Below are positions 1-13,730 of a stretch of 63,291 nt of DNA, piece by piece. The DNA is taken from NCBI RefSeq assembly GCF_001194135.2, contig NC_068987.1:35650149-35713439 (forward strand), in the 5' to 3' direction. Position 1 is the stretch's first letter. The number at the start of each line of letters is the position of its first letter. Made by a program: the position numbers and the translations under genes. The notes beneath the pieces were generated by a model. The model did not search any database and was not told the DNA's origin. It worked only from the letters and a program-made list of their open reading frames with translations. This stretch comes from Octopus bimaculoides. Lineage: Eukaryota.

Positions 1-4
1 TAAT

Positions 5-221
5 TATTGCGGCTTTATTTCAAAAAATTGTATTGAACAAAAACAATAACAACATTTAAAAAAAACATCTTTAAATGATTATTTTGGACCATATTCACCA
101 TTTACTTCAGTTCTTGCTTCCCATTTGCATGGCAGACGGTCGGAATAATCATTTAAATATGTTTTTGTTAAATGTTGTTATTGTTTTAGTTGAATAAAAT
201 TGATTGAAAAAAGCCGAAATA
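5..221. repeat. Fold-back inverted repeat / probable MITE (may be cut by the window start)
   Basis: Arm 5-83 (tattgcggctttatttcaaaaaattg...tttaaatgattatt) is an imperfect reverse complement of arm 144-221, with a ~60-nt spacer. Confidence 0.8.
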
Positions 222-236
222 AGTATGCACCAACTT

Positions 237-260
237 TAGATAGATAGATATATAGATAGG

Positions 261-332
<72 letters not shown>
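237..332 (+). repeat. (AGAT)n microsatellite
   Basis: Direct reading of the sequence. Confidence 0.98.
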
Positions 333-1125
333 CATACACGTTAAGTTTAATTTCTATGTTCAGTTAGAACATAATATGGCTCGTTACGCTTTCGTAGAGG
401 TGAAATTTATCAGATGTAAACAAGAACGCTATTGCGACTTCAAAGTTCCGGCCAGGTTACTCATCATTGGATTCCCCTTTTTTATATTATGGTAACAGCT
501 TATGGACTGGGTAGAGAGAGGCAAGTTGATGAGGTTTTTACTTGCTTAAGTGTTACAAAAAATATTTTTTAAATGTTATAGTGTTTTAAGATTTTGTCTT
601 TACATGATGAAATTAGCTGTTTCAGTTCGGAATTTGGTACATGAATGTAAGAGCGTGGTAAGATTCATGAATACAAATTGGTTGGGTTTGTTGTTAGTTC
701 TGTATGGTTGTGCTTGAGAGAGTATTTTCCAACTGATACTACACGGAGTATTTTTTTATATGCCTCAACTTATGACTGTTGCAATAATTTATAAATATAC
801 TCAATAAAATACTCGGTAACAACAAATTTTTCTGCATCTCGCCATAATCCGACAAGTCCCCTCCCCGGGATTACCAGCTACTTGTGCGAGACTTAGCCCG
901 GACATTTTAAAGCTTTCAATTGCTTGCTTGAATATTGATGGAGAAATGAGCAAATTCACCGTGGGAAATTATTGATACTCTTACGTTCTTTTGGCTTATT
1001 TTAGCAGTAGTCCGTAGAGCTAAAATATTTTTTGCAAAAGTGATGAATGTATTTGGTCGTCAAACAAAAAATTTGGAGAAAAGAAGAAAATCTTTGCGAA
1101 TGTTTTATAAATTTAAGGAATGGTT

Positions 1126-1975
1126 TTATTCAATAATGTATGCACCCATATTGTCAATACACATTTGCCATTTCAACTGTAGCTTGTCCAACCCGGAGCT
1201 GTAAAAGCCTGGCAAACTAAAGTAAATAAAATCTTAGAAGGCGTGTTTCACAGCATCGTCGGAATTCATTGTTTTTTTATCACAAAATTATCCAAATTCT
1301 GGAAGAAGTGATAGTCAGTGGGAGCAAGATCAGGTGAGTATAGTGGATGATGGACAACTCCCAACTCCAACTCCTGTACTTTCACTAATGTCATTTGTTG
1401 ACGTGTACTCTGGTGTTGTCTTGCAATAAAATAGGAGTGGATTTGTTGATTAATCTAGGCTCTTTTTTCTGCAATTTTCTGAATCAGTTGGTCCAGTTGG
1501 CTGCAGTATACGTCGGCAGTGATTGCCGAGCCAGGTTTAATGAAATCATAATGAATCACACCTGTACCAGCCCGCTAAACACACGCCATCAACTTCTTTT
1601 GATGAATTTTGCATTTTGGACTGTGTTTTGGACTGTGTTTTGTGGAACCCACTTATCCAAATCTTCACTTTACCGATTTGAATTAGTTGAGTCAATAACA
1701 CCAAACAATATCGATAACTTACGGGCACTTTGTGATGGATCTGACTCAACAGTGGCATTCAGTTTGTCATTATCCGCCTTTGTTTCTGGTCGACCACGTT
1801 ACTCATTTGTGAGATCAAAATTACCAGAACGAAGTTTTGCAAAACAATTTGATACTGATTGCTGTGTAATAACATTAAAATGAAATACTCCGTTAATATT
1901 CCGAGCTGTCATTGATGCTAGATTTCCATGAAAGAACTCATATTTCAAAACTGTAGGAATTTCCGACTTATCCAT
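1126..1975 (-). pseudogene. Degenerate mariner (DD34D) transposase with internal deletion
   Basis: Minus-strand translation gives MDKSEI..LKYEF..TARNIN..FAKLRSGNFDLTNE, then WVP, HYDFIKPG, LLQDNT, HPLYSPDLAPTDYHFF and terminal GAYIIE*. It has stops and frameshifts, and the segment after WVP containing the first catalytic D is deleted. Confidence 0.92.
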
Positions 1976-2296
1976 CTCTAAACAAAATAGCAAAGAACGA
2001 TTTATAAATACTTTATAAAACGCAAAATGAGTTAGAATAATGAAATAAATGTGTCAATTTTGTAAGAAAAATAAAGATAGTCAAAATATAATTATGGCAC
2101 CAAATGAGCAGCTGTCAAATTTTACCATATACCTTACTACAAATTTCATACTTGACGACCTAATACCAAAAGACGTTCTATTGGAAATCAAGAAAATATT
2201 TTGCAGCATCCAGTGTATACGAGGTTTCTAAATATTTTCCACCACAAAAAAATTATATCAAGAAGAATTATTTTCATGTATCCTATTGCCTAAACC

Positions 2297-2666
2297 GTGG
2301 AGGCGCAATGGCCCCTGCGGACTCGCGGTTATAGGATCACGGTTTCGATTTCCAGACCGGGGGGATTGTGAGTGTTTATTGAGCGAAAACACCTAAAGCT
2401 CCACCAGGATCCGGCGGGGGATGGTGGCGAACCCTGTTGTACTCTTTCACCACAACTTTCTCTCACTCTTCCTGTTTCTGTTGTTCCTGTAATTGAAAGG
2501 GTCAGCCTTGTCACACTGTGTCACGCTGAATGTCCCCGAGAACTACCTTAAAGGTGCACATGTCTGTGGAGTGCTCAGCCACTTGCACGTTAATTTCACG
2601 AGCAGGCTGTTCCGTTGACCGGATCAACTGGAACCCTCGACGTCGTAAGCGACGGAGTGCCAACAA
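2297..2666 (+). mobile_element. tRNA-derived SINE, family A, with 12-bp TSD
   Basis: Homologous over its whole length to 59746-60136. It has a B-box-like GGTTTCGATTTCC and a partly deleted A-box. It is flanked by direct repeat attgcctaaacc at 2285-2296 and 2668-2679. Confidence 0.93.
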
Positions 2667-5565
2667 AATTGCCTAAACCAGCCCGCAAAACTGTTGCTGA
2701 ACAGGACAATGGGACAATGAATGCATCCTAAATATTGTTAATACTAATATACTTTCCCATACATCATTGTCATAACATCGATGCAAGAAATATCTGGGTG
2801 AATTTATTTGCACAGAACTGGTAACGCACTGAGGAATTAAGTAATGGTTATCTCAAAGTGATTTATTTAGTAATCAAAGAAACTTTGAAATTTTGAATTA
2901 AATTCCTGGATATGCAATTGTATTTAAAAGATGAGAGTTGGTCACGCACTTTTATATTTTATAAGCAGCTTTACTTTCCACATGATCAAACACAAGACAG
3001 TAGTTCCACAAGTGATTTCCCTCGTCTTAAATCACAGCAAAGGTCATTTGAGTATTACCCGATACACGGATCTCAATGCTCGTGACAATTTACTGAATGA
3101 CAGCAAAAATAGAGACGATAACTCTGGTAGTGGTGCTACATCTTACTCGTTTCTCTAAAATTTACTCCTCACTGTAAAATGACTGCAATTTTCCATAAGA
3201 TCTACATTTGTTATGCCGATAAATACTAGTCAAAGAGAGGTATATATCGGTATGACTCCGATTCCAGTGTTCACAAATACCCAATTTTATATAGTCATCA
3301 GTTGAGAAACATGAAAGTGTTATTGATGTAAAAGTATTCAATTGCACAGCCAGAAAGATACATGATAAAGATGAATACAAAACCTGACTAGAAGTCTTGT
3401 TTGTTGAGAAGTCATATAAGCAACAATAAATATTATAGAATTTATAAACTCTTTTGCAGAATGTAAATGAAAATATTTAAAAACAAGTACGTTTATTTAT
3501 ACAGTTCTAACAGATTATTTATTGAAAGTTCACTAACAAAGACAAAGTAAATCTCAATAATTTGATATTCAATAAATGAAAACATCATATACATCTACTC
3601 ATTTTTTGGAAATTGAAAGTAGTGCAACGTTAATAAATTTCTAATTCTTTCAAAGAATCTTTATATTGAAACTGAATAACATTTATATAAATTTATCATT
3701 TTAAATGGACGAATAAATTTAATTGAAGATGATGCATTTTTGCCTGCGGGGTAGTAAATAGTAAATATAAAATAATAAAGAAAATATAGAACGAATGAAT
3801 GCTACATTTATGAGTTACGTACATGAACACTGAAACGAATTGACAGGTTCATCAGTATCAGACAAGTGTCTGATACAACATTGAAGGATGTGTTAAGCAA
3901 ACAACATCCAACAACTCGTTCTCTCTAGTACAGAGAACTATGAAAAAAACATAGCTGCGGTGATATATTTCTGATGGTTTTCTGGTTTGTATCATATTGC
4001 CACAAGTTTAATTACATTATAAACAAAATGTTTTGACCTTTAAACTGGAAGCTAAATATATACTAAACTGCCAATTCCAAAACGTGTTATGGCTTTATCA
4101 TATATTTTGGGTAAAAATAAAAATGCGGGGGAGGTTCCGCCCATCTGTAGTAATATTTTTACTTAGTTATACATATATATATATATAGCCTGAATCCTTG
4201 TGACGGAAATATGTCGATAGAAAATAATTGGAAATGTCTATTAAGAGATGAGCTTTCTGAGATTTTTGTCAGTGAACAAGATTCTGGGGTAGATTACATT
4301 CCACGCCAAATCATCCATTATCACCATAAAACATTATTGTCTTACCATAAGTAGAGCATTCAACAATAAATGGCCGAGAGGAATACATAAAACATTATTA
4401 AAATATAATGTTTAAACGCGTCTGTTTAATTAGATACACAATTTACGTGATTTCAAAATAGTGTAGCTACAAGATATTAGTTTTCAATTACATCTACATA
4501 AGAATGAACAACATCAACGATAGAAAAAATTTTTTTTTCAGTTTGTTAATTTGTTCATTTATTCATCTGTTTACTTTTTGTGATTTTTTATGTTTTTCAT
4601 TTATTTATTGAAATACAGTAATCTTAAACTAAATTCAAATTTTTCAAAAATTTCCTTTCGAAAGAAAATTAATTACGTGTAGAATAAATGATTAATCTCT
4701 GTTCTTTACTGAAGCCGGTTCGTGCTGATATTTCCAGAGTTTTCTCTTCAAAGTTATTAAGAATCAATATCTTCTTGTTCCAGCGTTTTCCTCAATCTGA
4801 TTTAAATTTCACTGAGACGAAAATAAACAAAGGTTTCCATATATATTTTATCATCTTAATTAGGGGAATGTTTTTCTTTCGGTATGTTTTTGTATTGTTT
4901 TCACTGTTATTTGTTTTTTGTTTATCAACCATTTCTGCTCTCTGACTCACCTCTATCTCTGTCTCCCCCTTTTCCGATGTGTCTCTCACAGTTGTATCTC
5001 ATAGATAAAATGTGTATAATTGAGAAGAAAAAGAAAACAGCTAGAGGTGCTATGATTAAAGTTTTACTACATAGATATAATACTGACAAACATTGCTTAT
5101 AAATAAACAAAAAAGAAAGACGTCTTTGTGAATGGTATCAGATGTTGTGATATACATGCATCTGTGAAGATGTTCAAAGTTGTTAAGAATTAAAATATAC
5201 GCTACAGAAACGTAATAGTAGATATTTTAATGCTATAATGAGGAATCAGTATGTACTTTATACTTCGGTAATGAATTATATCTCTGTTTATATACATCAA
5301 GGTTAATGGTTCAGTGAAAGACAACGCCATAGATACTTACGTAATTATTTTGAACGTAGTCAATGCTGCCAGAGTTATTACATTTCGACATTGCCATGTA
5401 ATGGGATGGAGTTAAGTTTATTTAGGAAGATGTATCCCAATCATTCAAGGAAAAATACACTAATGTATTTTTGTTAAGTATTAATGAGTAAGATGATAGG
5501 AAATCTGTTTGACGATAAATTGAGGTTATGTATTGTAATCAATTTCTTTTTCATATTTTATTTAG

Positions 5566-5736
5566 GACAGGACGTACTGTGTCCAACATCAGAAGAGTGT
5601 TTCGATCTATTGTATTCAAAAGATTGCACTTTGCTAAATATACCAAAGAAGCGGATGAGAGTATGACACTAGAACAAGAAGGCTAAATAGTTCCTCACAT
5701 GGCGCGAATAGAAAATATCTCTCCAATGAAAACGCG
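5566..5736 (+). other. Candidate host-gene exon (171 nt, phase 2-2) with one in-frame TAA
   Basis: Acceptor tttcttttcatattttatttag|G and donor CG|GTGAGG. The phase-2 frame reads TGRTVSNIRRVFRSIVFKRLHFAKYTKEADESMTLEQEG*IVPHMARIENISPMKTR. The protein is not recognised. Confidence 0.35.
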
Positions 5737-8366
5737 GTGAGGCTGAACCTGAAAACTCACATGTATACATGGGTCCAATGTGAGATGTTCTTCAGTAAGC
5801 GTCAGTGTGAATTGAACAAAAATTTAAATAAATTTTCAAGGGACTATTAGATTACATTGGGAATGTACGTGAATTAATGTCTCTGATACCAACTTGCATT
5901 GTTTAATAATAGCTGTCTTGCTCTGTAAACGAATACCTATTTACCAAGTTAGCTGGAAACATGGAATTGGTTTGCAAGGGAAAATAGAATGAAACGGGGG
6001 GAATTATATTTAGACGTAGCAACAATAAGAAACTCTTACACTGGGGGCAAAGTAGCTAACATAATATTATGGCAAAGTATGTTTCAAAGGTCATACACCT
6101 AACTAATTACCGAGAGAAACCTGACACATACCAGAAATTGTACGAACCAATTTGTATCATGTAAATTTTGGGATCCACTATTGGAAAAGTGGGTTATGTA
6201 TTTGGCCTTCTTAGGCCACCGTAAAACAGAAGTCTATGAAGGTGATTTTCTTTCTGAACAGGCGCACAATGACTTCTGCAAGAAATGCACATACAAAGAA
6301 AGATTCACTACTGAAATTACAATGCAGGCTAAGTTGGAAATTTTCCATGGCTAGTTATGTACAAACTTCATGAAACATTTTACATTCAAACTTGATCGTA
6401 TGATATTCTAAAACTGAAGCACATGATTTGCAACCAAATTTGAAAATATCTTTAAGGAGATGCTCTTAACAAATGACAATTAAAGGAGCCTGTAAACATA
6501 GTTGTGATGATAAAAGTAACATAGTTTAAGAGGTAAATATGAAAAGAACTGGTAGTTTCAAATTACTTTATTTGAAGATCTATATATTTAAGTTTAAATA
6601 ACTTAATAACTTTAAATAAACTAGTGGGTTTAATGCATAATGTTCAACTGTGACGTGAAGGTCTGAAACCTGAGTTCAGCATCTCTTTAACACAGGTAAT
6701 TGATACACAATGAAGGTGCTGATAGCGTGAATAGGAACAACATAGGTGATCGTGACAAATTTCAGGAAAATACTGATTAATTATTTTAAAGCAAATGAAA
6801 GGTTTCCAAATGACAAAAACAATATTATTTGTAGATTGGTTTGTGAATCAAGTACGAAATATTGGACGGGATTAATTTTTTCGATGCACATTATATCATG
6901 TCCTTTACAATAAATAAAGGATGTGTGTCACTACGATGATTATAATCTACTGTCGCAAAAATCACTCTACCAGACAAAAGTTACATTTAATTTATGATTT
7001 TGCTAAATGCAATCTGTCGCCGTCATCATTGTGCATCTTATGAAAATATTCTGTCTTGGTTTATAAAGGATAAATAGTAAAATATATTCATGCCCTTTGC
7101 TTTTTCTCAACACATAATGTGATGTAGGACAAAGAATGACGTGCGTTCCCGTATATTTATTTATCTCCCTCTAATGACACATAACCATAACTCGTAATTT
7201 ACGGGGGAGGGAGAAAATTCAATTACAATATTCGAAAGAATGTTTAACGAAACGATCAAAGTAATAGCCAAGAGGAGATAAATGTTTGTCTTTCAATGAA
7301 ACAGATGCAACTAAAAGAAGCAAATTATTTTGTAATCCAAACTGTAGATGATAATAAAATCCACGTTAACTTCCGAATAGACGTATTATCATTGCATTTT
7401 AATTCTATAGATTCATCTTCGCAATCGCAAGGATAAATTGCAGAAATTGTATATATACGCGTTTCAAAATAATTCATGCGTGTTTGTGTGTACAAGATAC
7501 TGTTCCGTCATCTCTCACGACTGTGAGACACATAGACTTAATAAATTTAGGAAACAATCTCATATATACTTTTAACCACTTACACTTGCGCTCTAGTGAT
7601 GATGTCTTAGATGCTTTCCTAAATCCAATCGCGATTCCTTATAAACTTAATGAAAAACTCACATATAACATTTCGTTCATCTCATTATAGTTTCCAAATG
7701 TATTATAAACAATATCATCTATAGAGTATTTCATTTCTTCTGAGAAAATAATAAATAATGCATTCTCGTACGAAAAGAATGATCTGGGTATCAATACCTT
7801 CAAACAAGATATAAATTTCAATTTACAATTAGAAATCAGAAATTTCAAAATAGTTTCAGAATGATTATATTGTTCGCTCCCATTTCTCTTTGAGTGTTAA
7901 AATTAATGGTACCTTGAGGTACATAAATATATTTTCTAGAAATTGAATGAAAAGTTCATACTGCAGCTGTCCCAATATGAACATGATATTATCACTTGCA
8001 TGTAATAGCAAGCACCGAATATGTTACACTCGAGTCCTAGAGACTTGACCAGCCGACCAGGCGTGGATGATTTACTCAGTTGTTTATGAAGATGACATCA
8101 CTGTAATGTTACAGAATGAGAAGAATCAAAAGACATACTACATTGTTATATGCTGAAGTGACTTTAGAAATGCTACGCTAACAGCCAGTCTTCTTTATCA
8201 CGTGTGAAGAAGAATATAGTCGCTAATTTGTCTAGAAATAACCGGCATTTGAATGTCGATTAATCGCCAAACGCCATCAAGTGGCGCATCCTGAGATAAT
8301 CCACACCATAGGTTGATGAAACAAAGAAAGCAGGCTTTGTTTAGCTGAAACTTTACTTCTTTTTAG

Positions 8367-8419
8367 ATGGAAGACTTCTACTGACATAATAAATTTCAGA
8401 TCTGTTAGTTGTATTAAAT
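8367..8419 (+). other. Weak candidate exon (53 nt, phase 2-1)
   Basis: ctttacttctttttag|A acceptor and T|GTAAGC donor. The only open frame is WKTSTDIINFRSVSCIK, phase-compatible with the 5566 and 56588 candidates, which may be chance. Confidence 0.2.
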
Positions 8420-9580
8420 GTAAGCTCTTCAAATTTCTGTCCTTGAACTGGAAATACCACCTCACCGGATTAAACATTTACTCCCACAAAATTTGCTTTT
8501 CTCCCCATTGAATTCATTTCTACAAACCATATTGATTTTTGTTGAAAGTTGTCAAACTTATGAAACTTTGAATTTTCTTTTTCTCATTCTTTTTGTTTTA
8601 CATTTTTCTCCTCCTTTCTGGGTGTTTTCTAAACAGCAACGTACTTTTCAGCTTCTTTCAAGACGAGCGTCCTTTCTCATTTTTAGAAAAAGACCAGCAA
8701 CGAAATAAGAGCTGAATCTCACATCAACGCTATATAATATGTTGTTGTCTGCTCATGCACTGATGTCGCAAATATCCAGTTGGATTATTAGAAATGTGTA
8801 ACACTGACAGAAGCAGTACAATCTTTATGTCGAACACAAGCTGAAAAAGAAAAATGCCACCAATATCTGTGTAGATCACACAAGCCAACAGTCGAAGGAA
8901 TCATCATTTTTACTACACAGTAACCTTGCCATGGGTGCAAAGGATATATTTCTAAGTCTGTGTTGAATATGTTTTTGAATACATTACAATTTGAATTTTT
9001 AATAAAACATTGTATATGTTCAGATGTTGACATCAAAATATCAATAACTTCATCTGATCAGACGTCTTCTCATCAGATATATCATTTATCTTTTCTGTTA
9101 TTGCCTGAATCAGGTATTACAGTACTTTACGTATTACATTATAAGAATGTTCAAGTGTAACATGGTTCAGATACTGAGCAACAATTTGCATTATATGTAT
9201 GTAACGTGTGTATAAAAATATGTTTGATGCTGTACACATAGACATTCATTATGCGTGTGTATGTCTGTGTATTCTATATATATGTATATACATTAACTAT
9301 ATGTATACATATCTATACGCTTTACCTTCATTTATTACTATGTACACGTATTACATACATCTGATAGAATGCGAAATATTTATGAACATACTGTGTGTAG
9401 TGAATTTATGTATGAATATATTTGTAATGCCTATAGTTATGAATGTGTATATAATTGCAGTAAGAATATGTGAACACATTAGTTATATACATAGAAACAT
9501 ACGTATGTTTAATAGGTGTACGTATAAATGTACATATGCAGTAAGTATACAAATAAGTATATATATATATATATATATAT

Positions 9581-10301
9581 NNNNNNNNNNNNNNNNNNNN
9601 NNNNNNNNNNNNNNNNNNNNNNNNNNNNNNNNNNNNNNNNNNNNNNNNNNNNNNNNNNNNNNNNNNNNNNNNNNNNNNNNNNNNNNNNNNNNNNNNNNNN
9701 NNNNNNNNNNNNNNNNNNNNNNNNNNNNNNNNNNNNNNNNNNNNNNNNNNNNNNNNNNNNNNNNNNNNNNNNNNNNNNNNNNNNNNNNNNNNNNNNNNNN
9801 NNNNNNNNNNNNNNNNNNNNNNNNNNNNNNNNNNNNNNNNNNNNNNNNNNNNNNNNNNNNNNNNNNNNNNNNNNNNNNNNNNNNNNNNNNNNNNNNNNNN
9901 NNNNNNNNNNNNNNNNNNNNNNNNNNNNNNNNNNNNNNNNNNNNNNNNNNNNNNNNNNNNNNNNNNNNNNNNNNNNNNNNNNNNNNNNNNNNNNNNNNNN
10001 NNNNNNNNNNNNNNNNNNNNNNNNNNNNNNNNNNNNNNNNNNNNNNNNNNNNNNNNNNNNNNNNNNNNNNNNNNNNNNNNNNNNNNNNNNNNNNNNNNNN
10101 NNNNNNNNNNNNNNNNNNNNNNNNNNNNNNNNNNNNNNNNNNNNNNNNNNNNNNNNNNNNNNNNNNNNNNNNNNNNNNNNNNNNNNNNNNNNNNNNNNNN
10201 NNNNNNNNNNNNNNNNNNNNNNNNNNNNNNNNNNNNNNNNNNNNNNNNNNNNNNNNNNNNNNNNNNNNNNNNNNNNNNNNNNNNNNNNNNNNNNNNNNNN
10301 N
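9581..10301. other. Assembly gap flanked by (TA)n/(CA)n
   Basis: Run of N. Confidence 0.99.
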
Positions 10302-10362
10302 ATATATTTATATATGTATAAATGCATATGTACACCTATGTATACATACACACACACATACA

Positions 10363-10422
<60 letters not shown>

Positions 10423-10978
10423 CATATATATTTACATACATACATTAAATATTTGTATGTGTGTGTGTTTGAGGGTATTAGATATAGAATAACGTCTTTT
10501 TATCTTTTGTGTTTTCATTTCAGTATGGGAATACAGCCATGATGGCTCAACGCTTTTAGGTATTTTACTGAAAGAAATCGCCCTCGGTGCTTATTTTGTA
10601 CTTCTGATATTTATATTATTATTCACTTATGCCAAACCACCAGATGACAGGTTCGTAAACATATCAAAGCTGGCTGTTAAAAGGTGACGGGGTACAAATA
10701 GAAATAGAGAGACATGCTTATCAATCTATCTATCTATTTATAGCAAGTTTTTGGAGGGGTACAATTGTATAATGCAAAACTGGATTAATTTATATTTGGG
10801 CTAATCTATTTTTTTAAACCATTCATTAGTTCCAAAAGTTGTTACCTAAGATTCACCCGCCTTGATTTCTTGTTCTTGTTTACCATATATTTTCGTGTGA
10901 CTTTCTCGTGAATTCCCGTAAGTTTTCTTGTTTTAATCTAAAATAGATTCGAACATCCTTATTTTTGATATCATTGTG

Positions 10979-11454
10979 GTCACGTGATCGATGCTTGAGC
11001 CTGACTTGCCATTTTTCTTTCTGGATTCACAGTGGAAACATAGCGGCTCCACTAGCAATATGCACCAAATAAGAACAAAGGGCAGTGATCCGACAGATGG
11101 GCGTGGTGAACCGGTCCAACATTATTATCTATCGAGCTAGCAGGATCTTCTCGTCGGTGGTGGATGTTGACGGGCGTCCAGTTCCGTTTTCGTGCGAAAC
11201 TTTTAAACTTCGTCCGGTTACTTTTAAACTTCGTCCGGTTACTTTTAAACTTCCCATCCACTGATACGCACTTTTCACGTATTCTGCTAAAAGCCTCAGA
11301 TGAATTTCAGCACCTGACACACGTTTCGACCAGAGAAATCGGTTCACTGCTCTTTGTTCTTCTTTGGTGCACATAGCTACTTGAGTGGCTATGCTTACAC
11401 TGTAAAACCAGAAACAAAAATGGCAGGATCAGATTCAAATGTCGATCACGTGAC
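10979..11454 (-). mobile_element. Mariner-derived fold-back element built from two 5' ends
   Basis: Arms 10979-11093 and 11339-11454 are inverted copies, both containing the 5' UTR and MCTK(E/*)EQRAV start. The minus ORF 11129-11374 is a mariner N-terminus (FLWS..VSGAEIH..GRPSTSTTDE). Confidence 0.88.
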
Positions 11455-11559
11455 TAGAATAGTTCCAACTATGAGCACGCTTGTGCAAAAGGCAATGTGA
11501 CAATAATAAATATATGTTATGATGAAAGTGGTGATAATTTTTAACTTGCCCTAAGACTA

Positions 11560-13730
11560 TTGAGATTCAAAGCCTCAGGAAAGTAATCTCGACTTCTCAC
11601 CAAAAGACATCCTATACCGACAAAACACGAATACTTAGAACAACTATCAGCCAACACAAGCTCCTTCATAAGAAGAATGAGAATGAAAGCACTCTCCTAC
11701 AGCGCACAAGAGTGCCAGAAGGAAGAAAACGCACCCAAGAAAGAATTCAAATCCCTGAGAAACCAACCAACACACCAATATCAGACACAATTTGAAGAAG
11801 AACTATGCAAAAAAGAAAATAATAAAGAATATCAGATTCAGGAAATACCCAAGTTGGAACAACGAACACCAACAGAAATTGAAAAAATATTGGAGGTTTT
11901 TAAAACTGCAAACGGAATACTAGTGCCTGCCAGAAAGACCGGTAACCTTTATACTGTAAGCACCACACTATATGGTAATTTAGTTACAAAAGGAATACTT
12001 AGCAAATACAAAACAACGCCTTAACTACTATAAACAGCAAAGGATTTGAAATAGTAAACAGACTAGAGGTAGACGATAGGACGTAACCATATGTCCCAGG
12101 AGAATGTAAGATAAACCTTAAAGACCAGAAAAATAAATTTGATAGCGACCATAAATTCGGGATAATGTGTCTATCAAAATCAGACATAAGCAAAGACATC
12201 ACAGATAATATAATTGCTCGAACTAAAAATTAAGATTGGACTGACACTAAGAGGGTTTAAGTAAACAGCAAAAACAAAATGCTCCAAATTTATGCAATTA
12301 GATATAGATAGCTACTACTCAAGAATTAACGCTATATTACACAATAAAGCAGTCATATTTGCAATTAAAAACTGTAGCTTATCTAAATCAGATGTATACA
12401 TGATATTAGCAGCACGAGAAATCGTTATTAATTGCAAAAAACTATGGAGGAGATCAGTTTGGACGAATTCCTTCGATGTACCAATGTGGTCCAGCGATTC
12501 AGATCATGTCACGGATATCGTAAGAATTTACATTTTATTCCACATCAAAAATTCATTTTCACAAATAGCTGGGATTCTGTACAGAGACCATGCCATTTTC
12601 GTAATAGATAATTGTACTAAAATAGAAATAGAAAGCTAAAGGAAAAAAATGCAGAAATTATCTAAACTTTTCGGCCTATCTATAACTATAGACAGTAATT
12701 AACTTGAGGTAAATTTCCTATATATCACTTTTACCTTAGAAACAGGGGTGTACGAACCGTGCCACAAAACGAAGGAGTGTCTTAGATATACAAATGTAAG
12801 GTCCATTCATCCACAATCCATGACCAAAGGAATAGTTAGGAACATAGCCACCAAAATATCACGCCTATCAGCCACCTAGACAGTATTCAACTTACACGGA
12901 ACTTACTACAATGAAGCACTAGCCAGGACCGGGCATAAGGAAAAGATGACGCTCACACCTGGGGTTACTCTAAATAATACTAACAACTATGCACCTAAAG
13001 TAGGAAACGCCCAATATGAAACAACAACAAACGCATAATAAAAACACAAAAATCCAAGGCACAATGGAAAACATAGGAAAAAAAATAAACAAAATCCAAA
13101 AGAATAACAATAACTGCAGAAAGGACACACACAATGCCAACAATACACAAAATCGGCTGAAGGAATCGGAAAAATAATGCAAAAATTCAGAGGTCCTCTG
13201 GCATAACACAGTTTTCGGATTTCAAATTATTATTGAAGATAGATAAACAATTCTTTGCCGCGTTTGATAGGTACTTCCCTATAACGCATAATTACCATCG
13301 TAACTTCAACAAACACACGGTGAAAGTATCGTATGCCACATCCCAAAACATGGAGTACTACATGCACAAATACAAGGAAAAAATATGTATATATATAGAT
13401 GGAAACAACGACCACATGCAAACAACGACCAATTACAGGTCTGTTATCACAACCACATCTCCTCATTCCGAAAGACAAGCCGGCGACACGCAACATCATT
13501 AGCGGACCTAGTATAAATAGTTAAAGAAGGAAAATAAAATATGAAATAGAATGGTCAATAATAAAAAAAATGCAGACCCATATTATACACTATCAAGTGT
13601 ATGTGAGTTGTGCCTTTACTAAGCCTTGTGCATCCTGTTATGCGACGAAAACTTGGTAAACAAGCATGCTGAGAAAATACGGAGTTGTTCCCACCACGCC
13701 AAATATGCATTTCCAAATTCAGGGCAGTGA
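11560..13730 (+). mobile_element. Near full-length degenerate Penelope-like retroelement
   Basis: N-terminus IPTKHEYL..SFIRRMRMKA and LVPARKTGNLY. RT motifs DIDSYYSRI, FDVPMWS.DSD..TDIV and GILYRDH (YRDD mutated). Then KQFFAAFDRYFP..FNKHTVKVSY and C-terminal WSII..CELCLY. Many stops and frameshifts. Confidence 0.88.

Noticed and set aside
1395-1883. 162-aa plus-strand ORF
   Set aside because: It is the antisense shadow of the minus-strand mariner transposase.
8330-8560. Minus-strand coding-like frame (..SGEVVFPVQGQKFEELTFNTTNRSEIYYVSRSLPSKKK*)
   Set aside because: It has an internal stop, no recognisable homology, and overlaps a competing plus-strand exon candidate.
9208-10542. Long ORFs of 250-440 aa here and at 20.2-21.2, 34.6-35.2, 45.0-45.6 and 50.9-51.9 kb
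   Set aside because: They are artefacts of N-runs and dinucleotide microsatellites (poly-X, YI/HT/CV repeats).
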